From contig NW_026262679.1 of the NCBI RefSeq assembly GCF_021869535.1, forward strand, positions 60,760,001-60,824,000: a DNA stretch of 64,000 bases. Reading direction: 5' to 3'. Positions 23,641 through 38,074 of this stretch are shown here, one piece after another. This DNA is from Mytilus californianus (taxonomy: Eukaryota). The notes under the pieces are model-generated. The model was not told the origin of the DNA, did no database searches, and saw nothing but the letters and a program-made list of their open reading frames with translations. Positions within the stretch are counted from its first letter, which is position 1. Each line of letters starts with the position of its first letter. A program made the position numbers and the translations under genes.

Positions 23641-25155
23641 CATTGTTGCTAATAATGTGTTTTGAAACATAATATATTTAGAAAACTAGTACTTTAGAAT
23701 AAAATTGTTTTGATATGCAGAACTAGAATGGAAGCAATTATATCATATCTAATTTTAATAGAATAATTTCAGATGTCTTTATTGGCGTCGGATACGGGTG
23801 CCTTATTATAGAAATGAGACGTTCTGCTGTAATGGTTGGAAGTCCAGTACCAACCAAAACTGTGATCGAGGTGGGTTATAAAAATATTAAATACAGGTGT
23901 TATGATTAACATGATTAATGCGAAACATTTCAATCTTTTTAAACACTCCTTGTTACAAGAAAAAATGAATTTTACTGTAATCTACGCTAATTCATTAATT
24001 TTTACATAACGATATGTTCCAGTGAAAAGACGATTGCGCTGTAATTCATTGACGGATTTAAAACAAAGAGCGAAAATGGAAGAAATTATATAAAAAATAA
24101 TTAAAGAAAAGATTTCAGGCGTTGTTATTATTTGCGTGCGATACCACTGCTGGTAGAATATTAGTTAACGAGGTTATCATCAACTCAGTAGTCAGTGCTT
24201 CGGAACTGAAATGATTTATAACAATTTTTTCCCAAAACATTCCATAGATGAATTCAAATATTATAATGAAACTAAGGTTCCAACTTCCTCAGGCAAGTTG
24301 ACCTTAGATGCATTTGGCTTTGTTAAGCTACCTTTTAGTCACATAGATCTTCATGTGTTTTATCTTCATATTTATTCTTTATGTTTAGCTATCAAGTCGT
24401 TAAAATGATTGTCAACCCTTTCGTATATTTACAATCTATCTGATTTTTCTTTATCGGACACCTCGTTATGGTCAAGGCAAACAAACTATTTCACCAGATC
24501 CCATTTTGGTCCACATAAAAACAGAATACTGTTAATCTTGACAATGACTATTCATCCATGAGTGGTTCATAAAGTCAACGTTGAAATGTCGAACCAAGAA
24601 GTGCAAAACATAAAACAAAATTAATACTCTAGATCGGTAGTTGGATTGGTCCGCTAGGGCACCTTTTTTGTTGCTTACAACAAGAACTAAATTCGGTGAG
24701 GAGTGGTAGTTGTGATGTCACAATCGAGATAGACAAGATGGAATTAAGGCTACGACAGTTGTAGCATAGGCGTGGTCAAATATACATGTAGCAGTATAGG
24801 TAGAGATGTTACTAGTAAATCAAATCAAATCAAATAACTTTATTGGTGTAAATTCCAATACAGGAATGATACCAGCTGACATTTACAAAATACAAATACA
24901 AAAACAGACAAAAATAAACAAAAAACAAATATACAGAGATATGTTTTCTCAATGATAAGAGACACATATTTTATATCTACATTGCGTGGAGGTGTTATTC
25001 ATACTATATTACCACTTCAAGCTATTACAATAAGCTTTCATACTACAACAGTTCTTAACAACATTATGTTTGCTTTAAATGAATGTTCGAATCATACATA
25101 TCGCTTATTCCAGCTACACATACAGTACAAATGTCAGTATCATTACTTTTCAAAA

Positions 25156-27625
25156 TTAAACTAAATGTATCTTGTTCAGACATACCATATTAACAAAAGA
25201 TGGAACTGTATCACTTAAATTACAAAAGAGTATATTTCTATTAAATTCTAACGCTTTACATTTAATGAGGAAATGGAATTCATCTTCAATTCCATCCTTG
25301 CAAAGTGGACAAATTCTCTGTTCTAAAGGCGTTCTAGTATATCTACCAACTTCTATTAGTAATTTGCTATTACTAATTCTAATTTTTACCATTTTAGAAA
25401 TAACGTTTTTGTTCAGGTCCAGTAGGAGATATTTTTCTAATTCGTAATTATTTTTAACTTTGCGATACGTTCTTAGTTTATTACCATGACTAACTTTATT
25501 AGAGTCACAAAAAAGAGCTTGTTTCCAGGATTTTATGAATTCCTCCTCCAATTTCTTTTGAACTGAAAAAAGTAATTTTGTCTTTGACATAGTATTTTGA
25601 TTTTCCCAAACATGCTGAAAACCAAGTTTACCTAATAACACTTTTATTTTACAACAAAAACCATTAGACATGTTAAAGTTTTCACTGTATGCTTTCTTTA
25701 CCATACTCTCGCTATTCATAGTAATGATATGAATCCAGAAATTAATTGTATTTTTAAGGGCTGACAATGAAAGTGGGAATAAACCGAATTCAGCAAGTAC
25801 AGCATTATTCACAGTACCTTTATTTACACCCAATAAACATTTAGCAAATTTGATTTGAATCTTATTTGGACAAAAGTTTGCATAGTTTGACTCGATGGTA
25901 GTATTTTGTTTCACTAAACTAACAGTAGCCCAAACTTCACTCCTATATAGTAAAATAGCTTTAACACATGAATCAAAAAGCTTTAAATGTGGTAGTAAAT
26001 TCATCTTTTTAGAATATAATAATTTTCTAATACAAAAAATAGCTTTGCTAGCCTTTTTAGATAACTGATCAATTGCTGAAGTAAAAGACCCAGATGGTTT
26101 AAGAATTATATCTAGATACTTGTATTCATCAGTCAGCCCTTGTAGTTTTCCATTATAATAGAAATTGTGTTTTTTGATAATTTTTCCTGTTTTATTGAAT
26201 ATTATAATCTTTGTTTTATGAAGATTAACAGATAGATTCCATTTATCACAAACCATAGTTAATTTATCTAAAGCATTTTGCAGGCCAGATGCAGATTCTG
26301 ATATTACTACTAAATCATCTGTATAAAGAAGACAAGACACTTGTTTATCATCTAGGCATGCTGGATCACATTTGTGGTCAAACGTTTCAACCAGTTCATT
26401 TATATACAATGAAAATAATGTAGGGCTTAATATACAACCCTGTTTTAATCCTTCACCTGAGGGAAATGTTTGTGTTAGTCTCTCTTTTAATTTTACAGAG
26501 AAAGAGACATCTTTGTACATATCTTTTAAAATATTAAAAAAAGACCCTTTTATATTATATTTTAGTAGCTTATGAAAAAAGCCATCTCTATTGATTGTGT
26601 CAAACGCTTTTCTTAGATCTACAAAACAAGTGTATAGATGTTTAGATTTTTTAAAGGTCTTGTCAATCAGAGTTTTTAATGTTAAAATGTGATCACTTGT
26701 TCTGCTATTTTTCCTAAAGCCTATTTGCTCCTTGTGTAATATACTGTTAGTTTCAAGGAAGTTCTCTAACCTGGTAGATAATATCTTTAGGAAAAATTTA
26801 CCTTAACAGCTAGAAAGAGCTATACCCCTGGATCATTAAAACACCCTCATTTAGATATAGGCTTAATGATGTTTTCTCTCCATATAGAAGGAAAGATTCC
26901 ACTTTTAAATATCAAATTAAAAAACAACACATATGTTTTAACTAATTTACCACATGACACTCTAATCATTTCGTTTGTTATACCATCACAACCAGCAGAT
27001 TTTTTTAAACTTTAAGTCTTTTACAACCTTTAACACCTCCTCCGCAGTAATGCTATCATTTAAACAATCATTATTACAATCAATACTACTAATGTTTTCA
27101 TCAAAATTATTACAATGTTGAAAATTCATTAAATTTTTAAAGTACTTCAACCATTCATCATGTGAAATATTGGAGCTAGGGTCTTCCTTCGCTTTGTCCT
27201 TTAATAAATTTACAGATTTCCAAAATTCCGAAGGATTTTTGTCGGATAGGTCAAGTGTATTTTTTAGTATTTTATTTTTATAGACCCTATGTTTTTTACG
27301 TACAAGCTTGTTGAAGTTTTTTCTCTCTGTAAAAATTTTTAGTCTCAAACTTGAATCCCAAGGATTCCTACCTAAAGTTCTACAGAGAGCTTTTATATGC
27401 CTATATTTAACATCACAGTCTTTGTCAACCCATGTTTTTTTTAATTTTCCTTCTTTTTTGTTTTTTATGCAGTTTTGATTCAAATCTGTTATCTAGGGTT
27501 GCTGCTCCCTTTAGTAATTTATTAAAATCAGAAACCACGTCATTCACTTCTGATGTGCTGTTATCAGCATTCTCACTTGCTATCAGCTTTTCGGTTTTTG
27601 TAGAAATATTATTAAAACTTATCAT
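25156..27625 (-). pseudogene. LINE ORF2 linker, RT and C-terminal CCHC region (frameshifted)
   Basis: GLKQGCILSPTLFSLYINEL and CLLYTDDLV (RT motifs B' and C); FVDLRKAFD relic near 26600-26630. Confidence 0.9.
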
Positions 27626-28722
27626 AATTTAAGTTTTCAATAAATTTTTGCTCTCGAATTGGAGACCATCTTATGACTGGTGGCAATTTCCGAAGATTAC
27701 ATATGTCCTGTTTAATAGGACCCATTATATTACTACAAAAAATTTTTACGGTTATTTGACAGTGATCTGAATTATTTGGAAGAAAGTCTTCAATTCTAAA
27801 GTTCATTATATTTGATAGGAATGTTGAACTACAGATACAATAATCATCTATTGAGGTTCCATTGTAACTATGATAAGTTACTTTCCCTATAGAGTCTCCT
27901 AAAGTACGTCCATTTAAAATACGTAATTGGGAGCTAGTACACAATTCTATGATACTTTTTCCATAGCTATTTGTACGTTGTGGAATTTGAGTATTTCGTT
28001 TAATTTGTACTTTATACGCAATGTAGTTAGGTGGAAGAAAATCTTCCAAAGTGTCATTTAGCTCATCGCATATAATATCTATTTCTTTTGATTCAATATG
28101 AGCATTCAGATCTCCCATTATCATGACTTTACCTACTGAGTTAAAATTAGAAATATCAGTCTCAAGTTTTTCAAATATTTCTTTATCAATACAAGTTCTT
28201 AATGTATATGATGAATTAGAGGGTGATATGTACACAACACAAATATAAAGATGACGTTTAAGACCAAAGTAGGTGTGGTCTAATTTAAACCATAGCATGT
28301 CATTCAGAGATTTATCAACTAATTTCACACCACCTATTATTGTTCTCTTTACAAATACAGCTAAACCCCCTCTTTTTCTAATACTTTCAGTAGATCTACA
28401 ATAAACAAAACATTTATATAAGAGAGGGACGAAAGATACCAGAGGGACAGTCAAACGCATAGATCGAAAACAAACTGACAACGCCATGGCCTTCAAGGCA
28501 TAAAACATCATTAGAATGAGAATGAGTTTCTGATAGAAATACAATATCTGACTTAATGTTTTCTCTGAAATTTTGATCATCTAACTTGCTCATTTTATAA
28601 CCATTAATATTTCTATAAAGTCCATGTACATTCCATGAACTTACAGACACACATTTGGGCATTTTAATTGTCATAATATTTGATTTTCTTTTGAACTTAT
28701 CTATGGGATACTTAATAGTCAC
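27612..28722 (-). pseudogene. LINE ORF2 apurinic-type endonuclease, interrupted by a 70-bp insertion
   Basis: SWNVHGL, IVFLSETH, GGLAVFVK, VVYISP, IMGDLNA and SIDDYCI motifs. Confidence 0.9.
28419..28488 (-). mobile_element. 70-bp 5'-truncated copy of the Penelope-like 3' tail inserted in the LINE endonuclease
   Basis: Minus strand CATGGCGTTGTCAGTTTGTTTTCG...TCTTTCGTCCCTCTCTTA matches the tails at about 38495-38560 and 56065-56135. Its removal restores LCLEG-YKCFVYC. Confidence 0.85.
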
Positions 28723-28999
28723 ACAAATGAAAAAAGATAAAAAGAGTAATATTAATCTACAAATAAAATATCAAATATAAACCTTTTAGTTCTTAGCAGA
28801 ATAAAATACGGATTCTAACAAAATATAATAATACTGATTAAAGGGAAGTAGCTGTAACTTTCCTTTGACTAGAATGAAGTAAAAAAAACATATTAAGTTA
28901 TTTATCCTTGTTAACCGCTAAAAACACTCAAGGGTGCTGATGCTAGTGAATTCATCAGATTGTTATTAGACTGAAATTGAGCACTCTTCGGATTTTGAA

Positions 29000-29550
29000 A
29001 CACATTTCATCGATGTGAGTTGTGACTAGGTCTTTGATATGAAGACTTATTTGCATATGCACGGTTCTGATGTTCAGGGTCATAGCTCTGTCTCTTTGGC
29101 ATTTGTGAGTTGTTAGTATTGATTGAATCATCACGGTAGAAGATTGTTCGTCTTAAGTTACTGGCAAGTACCTTCACTCCTTGGTCTCTGGATAGTTTTG
29201 TGTCATTCCAATATAGTTGGTGTAGTATTTTGCCTTGACGACAGAAGTTGTTGTTCAAACACAGTACTATTTTGGATGACTTTTTGAATTCATATACAAT
29301 TAGATTGTTCATTGTAGATATCTTGCCGTTAAGAAAATCAGCTGCACTGGGAGTCGTGATTGTTCGATACTGACAGTGCACTGTTTACCAGGGCTACGTA
29401 TTGTGGAAAACTTTCATCCACATTGTGTGTTTTTAAGTCATTAACTCCGACGTGTAGGATGAGAGTATCGGCTCGATCAATCTTATTGATAACCTCTGTT
29501 GCTTGTTGGATTGTATAGGCCGTTTTTTTCTTTCCTGTTATGTTTGATCC
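29000..29550 (-). pseudogene. LINE ORF1 SGNH-esterase domain relic
   Basis: Manual translation gives ADTLILHVGVNDLK (GxND block) and L...G.KVLASNL. Confidence 0.75.
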
Positions 29551-30512
29551 ATTTGTTATGTATTAAACACGAACAAAAAAATTGGGAAGGTGTATTTTGG
29601 GGTTTGCAATTCATTCACTGTCCACACCAGGGACTATATTGGCGCAAATAATGGATATGAAAATACGCATTTACGTCTACGTTCACGTGTTAAACTTTGT
29701 TTTTTTCGATGAAGTGTAGGAATATATATAATATATATCTTTATTTATAAACACACCAAATTACATTAGTGTAGAGATACACGCAATATATATTACATAA
29801 TACATATGTAACGGCATACAAAAGTAAGATGGAGGATATTTCAATAGAGGTTAACACTAAAGGGTAAAGTACATGGTTTATCTAGGAGAGCCAACATGCA
29901 TACTAATTAACCTTATAAATTTACAAAAGTAAGATTCCTTTATGAAATTCTCAAGTAAATTTTACTTCCTGATTTAATTGCATCGGAATATCTGAAATTG
30001 ATGATACCACATCTTGTTTATAAAATGTTTACCTTCTGGGGATCCAGTAACTTTAGATTTAGTAAGCGAAGAATTCTAATTGTTTATTGTTTATTTATCG
30101 GATTATTCTAATTTTTATAAAGATGTAATTTTAGACATTTTGGAGTAAGCGGAGTCTTTGAGTAAAAAAAAAATAAGCACTACGTAAACAATACTTACTA
30201 AAAACATGTTAAACAAGCATTGTTAACAATTAAGAATCAACTTATCCAGCATTTTAATTGGTCAAAAGCACTTTACTTTATTCTAAAGAATAAAAAAAAG
30301 TATTATAAGTTTACAGTGAACTTTTTTTAACACAAAAAAAACTGTTTTATTACAATTTGAAAAGACAATTTACACTGACTATGACCATGTGTTGTACCGA
30401 TATATTTGTCAATACGATTTCATCTCATCTTCTTCGTCTGATTTTATCTTTTATCAGTATTGTTGCACAAATCTTAAGACTAATATAATATTATTTTTTA
30501 CTGTTTGTGCAG

Positions 30513-30551
30513 TAACGACAATTTTAGACGATCCGGTACCTGTCAAATTTA
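30513..30551 (+). other. Candidate 39-nt phase 1-1 exon upstream of the EGF exon of copy B (VTTILDDPVPVKF)
   Basis: ttttactgtttgtgcag acceptor, A|gtaaat donor; open and in phase with the next exon. No homolog is seen for copy A. Confidence 0.4.
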
Positions 30552-31849
30552 GTAAATGGTTGTTTTCCAATAGACTCATTTATATTCCAATCCGCTAAGC
30601 TCAAACACATATAAATTATTTTGGAAAATAAAGCAACACATGAATAGGATAAGTGTGTCTAAAGATTACCAGCCTCTAATGTATTTGTTACAACAATATC
30701 ATCATATTCGTCAAACTAATGTATATTCACTATACTCGGGCTTGTGCTACTAATCCAGGCATATAAGTTTGATACACAATCCAATATATCAACAAATGAT
30801 GAAAATTCATACAATTATAAGTTAAAATAAATATATACTCACATAAACAATTATCAAATCAAAAGAGTGGGTGGTTGTGTAAACATAATGACGAAGTTCT
30901 GCTACACAAACACATATTGGCAATTTCGAATAAACATAAACCTTTAGATATATAAATACTTATTCATGCTTATTACGAATTTCATGGGCTACATTTGTAC
31001 ATATACCCTTAAATGCGGGTATATGGCATCCTATCATAACATAACCACAAACCATGTGCTTAGTATAAACACATGCATGAGTTTATAGTAATCAAACATT
31101 AATTTGACCGTTACCAAATCATGTGACCAAGAACTTAAATATATATATACAAGAAAATTAATGAAAATTAAAAATAACGATTTCAATTCATAACATTTAC
31201 TAGCACTTTCTCTTTTTTCAAAGATCTGCAGGTGCAATATTACTTGTATGCATAAGTGTTTGATACATAAATACATTCTTGCATAACTTATATCTTGATG
31301 TATACTTATAATCCTGGGGGAACGAAATTAAGATATAATATTTTAGGCTAAATTTTTAGAATATATATATAAACTAAGCCTTGTGTAGCCGCAAAAGTTC
31401 TTGCAAGTGAAAACGAATATCATTTATATTCATGTACATGTATTATCAAATAGTTGTTCCTCACACAGTTTCTAACATGAAAATCACAAAATATATTCTT
31501 TGTATTGCAACTATAGGCAAGATGAGCCAAGATGTTTTTATTTATTTTATTGACTTATTTAAATATTATTCTGTTCAAATAAAAATAAACACCGTTGTTT
31601 ATTCCCCTTTTTCATTCGAGCCATATTCTTTTCGTGGCTCCTTAACACACGTGGGTTGTAATTGTATAAGCATACATGTATTGAATCCTGCACATTATTC
31701 CAATGATCTTGATGTAATATCCTTCTTCAACTGATTTGCATATCTAAAGTTCACCCATAACATTTCAGCATTGAATTTTCAAGATTTTACACACTGTCGT
31801 TTCAAATGTTTAATGTATGGTATATACATAACGATATAAAACGTTTCAG

Positions 31850-31958
31850 CAATTTACCAACCTGAAAGCGAACATAAAGGAAAATGTACTTCGCCCGGTA
31901 TTTGTTCATGTGTTGAAGGTTGGAAAGGGAACCGGTGTGAAAAAAAAATTTGTTGAAG
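31850..31958 (+). pseudogene. EGF-like exon of copy B (first two Cys lost; ...KCTSPGICSCVEGWKGNRCEKKIC*)
   Basis: Same acceptor and donor context as 2382-2493; in-frame TGA 2 nt before the donor. Confidence 0.75.
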
Positions 31959-32872
31959 GTAATATATATATGTATAGAAAGAGTGTCAATGAGATTGCTA
32001 ATCAATATCACAATTAAATATAAATGATATTTATAGGTGAGCTCTTTTTACATGCACACATAGATTGACACAATTGAATCAGAGTAGAATAGTTAAAATT
32101 TGCCCATATATTTTTTATATCTTGCAAAACACTGCAATTTTCACAGATTGTTAAAACATAATCTTCTTCGCTAAACACATTGAATAATGATGTTAAATGT
32201 AAAAACCACTTATTCATGCATTATTTGTGTTGTCACGTCGATTTTGGTCCAATTTTCCATAGTTTATAGCGGTTTTTATGATAATCATTTTTGGCCGCAG
32301 CTCTGATCCAGTGAATAGGGGTTCTATATAAACCTTAACACCTTTTGGTTCGCTTTTAGGATTGCTGACTATGTTAGGTCATTTACATATGCACAAAATC
32401 ATCATTTTCAAAATGTGCTGAATTAAGAATCTACAATGTATTCTTATGAAGCGATTCTTTTAACTTAGCGATAAGACTCTAAAATTACAACTGTATTAGA
32501 TCCAAATTTTGGATTTTTTATATTTCATGTTGAATGTTTTTGAGGCCATATATTGTAAAATTTGAACCTTGTCCTTTTACCGTTATATTGATTACATATA
32601 ATATCGACTGACCATTTGCAATATAAACAAGAATTTATGTCAATAGGACACAATCCCCGGCTCGCACTATCATATGTCCATGTTAAGGGGATCGTGAAAT
32701 CAAGGTCACAATCGTAATTTGTCATACAATGTAGAACGTTCAATAATATGGAACATGTGTACTAAGTTTCAAGTTTATGTAATTAATATTTCATAGTAAA
32801 CCTCCTTAACCAAAAACTTGAACTTGCAAATGTAAAATGGTTTCACACTATCATATTTTCAATGAATATAAA

Positions 32873-33380
32873 TAAGATGTGGTATGAGTGCCAATGAGAC
32901 AACTCTCCATCCAAGTCACAATGTATAAAAAGTAAACAATTATAGGTCAAAGTACGGCCTTCAACACGGAGTCTTGGCCCACACCGAACAGCAAGATATA
33001 AAGGGCCCCACAATGACTAGTGTAAAACAATTCAAACAGGAAAACCAAAGGTCTAGTCTATATAAAAAATCGAGAAACGAGAAACACTTGTGAACCACAT
33101 CAACAAACGACAACCACTGAACAACAGGCTCCTGACTTACAAATGCAGCGGGTTTCAATGTTTTAACAGGCGTTAACCGTAACCCTAACTGGAGATAGTA
33201 GTGTAACATTACAACACAAAAAGACACAATATAAAATATCAATTAAAATAGCTTAACTCGATTAAAAAGACATATAAACAAAAACAAGTAAACATACACT
33301 GAACGAATAAGTTTGATCTATGACACAATATGAATACAATATTAATAAAAAAAAAGATGTAGCAGCAGTGTCAAAAAGAC
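32873..33380 (-). mobile_element. Long copy of the abundant retroposon tail ending ...CATACCACATCTTCTTAT
   Basis: Copies share one end and are truncated at the other: about 12860-13025, 15438-15580, 20270-22670 (split), 39620-39800, 41700-41890, 43620-44105, 48020-48268, 50625-50765 and 62940-63110. Confidence 0.8.
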
Positions 33381-35703
33381 AACTCTAACCTGGGACAAAA
33401 TGGCATTAAATAAAATAACGTACACAGGTAAATTTAAATATAATAATTTTGTTGTTAGGAGTACGAAATCATTTTTTACAAAATTAATAAATGTGTTGTT
33501 CACAGTACAGAGTGAAAACTTATCGTCATACTAAATACTTATCAAAGGTGGTACATATCAAAAATAGTGAAACGAGATATAACACAAAATAAGTAAACAT
33601 TGAATTACAGAAATGCATTACAAATTGTGTCAACTTGTCAAATGAACATGAAAGTACGATTTGAGAGAACTCGCAGTTACTGAAAGCTAGTTAAAAGCCA
33701 AAAACAATTAATAATAAAAAAATCATGCATCAGAGACTAAAATCAATTAAAATACATCCAAGGGATTTAGTGTTTTAACGCCATGAACAGTCAAAGAAGA
33801 CATGACTTGTGCAATGTCAAAATAAAAGTATTGACAGGTAAGTAGAATAGTTAGGACCCATGAACTTAGGGTCAAAACCATGATATGACATAGAAGTTTA
33901 AAAGTTTACATCATAATGAGCAGGTTTATCTAGTTTCAAGTTGACGAGACTACACATTAGTGGTAAACTACATTAATCAAAATGTTTAACCTGATACTGG
34001 ACGGACAAATGGAATAACAGACGGACACACAGACTAGAAAACATAATCCCCCCATTGCTAATGCGGAAAACAAAAATGAAAACAGTTAAATATACCTTTG
34101 CTATGCTGATAATGTTTGACAAATAGTTTGGTGCATAAAATCAGACTGATATAGAATAATTGCATGTTTAGAACATAGAATTTTTGGACTATATCTGAAA
34201 TATTTGGCAGTTTTCCCGACATTATTTTGATATTCCATAGTAAAACAATAACCATACTTTTGAAGGCAAAAATTTGATTGAGTGGTAAAAGGTCACTTAA
34301 ATGAGAGGCGAAAGATACCACAATCAAACTCATAGGTCGAAAATAACGTGACCCTATATGAGAAGCTTTCAAATCTTACAATGGCGTCAAACAAATTTAA
34401 TGAAACAAGGTGAAAGATTTGGTTTTAATAAGGTTGTTTGAAACATACCCTTGGTCATTTGTGACACATTTATAATTGTACAATATTTCATAACGATCAA
34501 GCAAGTTTAATAATAAAAGCAAGTTATCCTTTCTAAGAGATGATTTATACTTTAAAATTTAGAGTTGTTTGTGGAATATGTCATCATAAGCCACATAATG
34601 GTCTATTCTAATAGGAAACCCAGCCCCTGGATATCCAAATGTTGCTTGCATAATAGCGATTTGTATGCATTTACTTTGTTTTACATACATTTTTGTACAT
34701 GCGAAAAGGGGAGTACATCTTGTTGACTTATTCGAAACTACTGCTTAAAAATATTCTTTTTAAATTCTTAAATAGATATTAGTTTTCAATATTCTATTTC
34801 CGAAAATCTTTTATTTTAGATAATAAATATGCAGTACGTACATTATTTTCTATTTTTCTGTTTTAAAGACGCTACAATTTTCTATAAATATTTTCCATTC
34901 GATTGGACAACCAAAACTGATTCACTTAAGATGGAAGCTTAAAGGTAATGATCATACGTAAAACAGCTTTGATCAATGCAACCTGATGCATCTTGACCTA
35001 TTTGATTCAGCTGATGGCTTACCCTGATCGTCATTGTCAGTTGACACTTATTATGCAAAATTGAAAGTTAGACTTCAAATTTATCTTTTTATGATTAAAT
35101 TTAGACTTTAGTTTTCCCACAGAAAAATAATTCTGAAGCGTGAATGTTCGAAATTTTATGAACATTATTCAAAAATCAAAATTCAAAATCCAAAATTGTG
35201 TTACTACTTGACTTTATGAAAGTGCCATTTATAGATTTTCTGTAAAAATATATCAGTAAAAAATGAAAAGTCCCAACAAGGACAGGAATATGACAGTTGT
35301 TTTCTATAAGTTCCATTGGTTTGTAAGTCCATCGTTTGGTTTGTCTGTTTGTATGGACTTCCCCTTTTTGAATTTACCTTTAAGTTTGATATTTCTGTTA
35401 TACTTTTTTTTTCTAAATACACAACCACATCTTATTTAGATTAAAATTCTGTTAAAGATACCAAAGATTATTAAAAGTGTTCATATTTAAACAAAGGGTT
35501 AGTGTAGAGAGATTACTCTGCCTGAATTTTTACATCGCGTCTATATCCAAGTAAACTAAAAACCTCTCTGACAAAATTAACATCAAATAATCTGCCTTAA
35601 CTTAAAAGTAAAAAAAAAAACATTCAACTCTAGGTACATTAATATGAATTTAATTTGAAAAGCTCAAATATGTGAACAACAATAATGTTCTGTATTTTTT
35701 TAG

Positions 35704-35749
35704 GATCAAAAGAACCAAAGAAACAGTAAGACAATATTCGATCGCTTGA
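35704..35749 (+). other. Last exon of copy B (phase-2 reading RIKRTKETVRQYSIA*)
   Basis: tttttag acceptor; 14 codons then TGA, aligned with the TAA of copy A. Confidence 0.6.
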
Positions 35750-38074
35750 AAAAAAGAAAACTAATTATTATGGATTGAAATGTAATAACTATTGCATTTG
35801 AATATTTTTCTTATATTATGCAGCTTTTTAAATGAAAAATCGAAAGCCATTCAAAGATTTACATACGGAAGATGGTCATAGATAAATTAAAAAGAAATAT
35901 TTTACTCATGCATCCAATAACACTGCCACTCAGTTGACTTTCAACTGCATAGGGTACACAAATGCTCCAGACCAAATGTAAAATCCTTCCCTTTCATAAA
36001 AGCCAAGAAATTTGACGACACAATTTCCTTGTACAATGAATCAATAAATTTGAAACGAGCGGCAAAACGGAAGTCGCAGGACGTCCGATCTTAGAATAGA
36101 TAACACGTTACAAATCAACAAGCGCCAGACCAAATATAACATTATAACATAGAGACAAGAAAATTTGACAAAAGTTTTCTACCCAAAGTGTTTCGGACGG
36201 ACGAAGTCGAGCAGTCTGTTACTTAATCTGTTTTCGCCGTTGGCGACGCAGGTAAACATATGATAATTGATTTACCCACAAATAATCACTTTCCTTTATT
36301 ACAATAAATTAAACATTCGGTCTTTACCGAGCGGAAGTACAAAGTATTATTTAGGGATAGACAGGATACATGTTACCATACGTAGTATCAACTTCGAGGC
36401 TCTTTTGCAAGAAAATTAAATACCTGATGAATCAGTTCCGGTGTTTTTGATATTTTCACTTTACATAAAGCTATATCTCTGATCTGATTTCTTTGTGCAA
36501 AATTCTGAATATAAGTGTTTCACCTTTGGCAATGTTGGAAGAACCTGTTTTGGATTATTTCATGAACCATTATATTTTACAGGCCGACTAGATTTAGAGG
36601 CGAGGGAATGTATATTTTTAGTGTTGTTCGCGAAGAACATATCATTGTTCTGATAAAGTTCCTAACAATCAAACACTATATATAATTGACATTTACATTT
36701 TAGTTTGCTGTGAAAATATTATCCAAATATGAACGACAATATAGACCTAAAATCTTTTTGAAAATTCCCTTTTTCATATGTCATTTGCGCGGGAAAGTCT
36801 TCCATTGACTAACCATTGCAATTTATTGGGATTTAATTTGTTATAGATTGACCATTGTAATTTATTGAGATCTAATTTGTTTTTCTTCTAAAGCTATAAA
36901 AGCTATGAAGGGCCACGACATATCAAATGTAAAACAATTCAAATGAGAAAACTAACGGTCTTATTCAAGTACAAACCAATAAAAAAAAAATATGATATAC
37001 AGCAAACGACAACCATTGAACTACATGCTCCTGACTTATGACAGACACATGCAGAATAATGCGGCGTTAACGATGTTCGGGGCTCAAATCTTTCCTTTAC
37101 CTGGGATAGTTTCGAAACAGCACAATACAATAACAAACTGTACAAAACAATAAACGAAAAGGTGTTATACAGCAAAAAAAAAAAACAACACAAAAAACAA
37201 TAATTAACAGGTTTCTGAATTAGGACAGGCACATACAGAATGTGGCGAGGTTTAACATGTTTTCGGACTTCACGTAACCTAGGACTGTGATGTAACAGCG
37301 CACCGTTAGAACACACTAAAAATTTGTCGAAAAAGTCCTGACCTATCACATCTATACAAAGCACTGAAGACACAAAGTACAGATCTGAGAGTACTCGCAG
37401 TTAATTGAATGCTAGTTCAAAGCCAATAACATCTATTAAAAAATCATGTGTTTTAGACTTCATTAGCAATTAGCCCATTTTAGCGTCAGAATAATCTGTT
37501 CACTTGTATTTTCGATAGCCGATCTTAGCAAAAGGCTAACCTCACTATACTTGAATCGTGAACAGTAATTGCATACAATTGAGAATGGAAATGGGGAATG
37601 TGTCAAAGAGACAACAACCCGACCATAGAACAGACAACAGCAGAAGGTCACCAACAGGTCTTCAATGCAGCGAGAAATTCCCGCACCCGGAGGCGTCCTT
37701 CAGCTGGCCCCTAAACAAATATATATACTAGTTCAGTGATAATGAACGCCATACTAAACTCCAAATTGTACACAAGAAACTAAAATTAAAAGTAATACAA
37801 GACTGACAAAGGCTAGAGGCTCCTGACTTGGGCCATGTTGGTTTTATTTTAGAATTGTTTGCATTAACAATTTGGATAAACATGGAAATACATGTTCTTG
37901 AAACCACCCAAGGAAAGAAAAGAGCAACATGTAACGGATACCGTTATGAGATAGACAAAGTATTCAAAGGTCAGAAAATAGCCCGGAGATGTTTGTTAAA
38001 TGTAATGCACTGCATACAAATAGAGTCATTGATTACATAATTCGAATATTTAACACATACAGTTCAATCTGCCT

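Larger units (their letters stand above)
24817..29550 (-). mobile_element. 5'-truncated CR1/L2-group LINE (L2/Crack/Daphne-like), decayed
   Basis: Esterase ORF1 relic, APE endonuclease, RT, C-terminal RICPLC...EDEFHFLIKC zinc finger, AATAAA and a (TTTGA)n tail at 24817-24835. Confidence 0.93.
31740..35850 (+). repeat. Segmental duplication copy B, paralogous to about 2310-3139 plus 10977-12760
   Basis: Collinear intron blocks, e.g. 3000/32435, 11020/32690, 11280/34150, 11830/34950, 12521/35704. Confidence 0.9.

Noticed and set aside
29651-29715. Signal-peptide exon for EGF gene copy B (MDMKIRIYVYVHVLNFVFF...)
   Set aside because: The donor phase does not match the next exon unless a T is removed from a homopolymer, and hydrophobicity is marginal.
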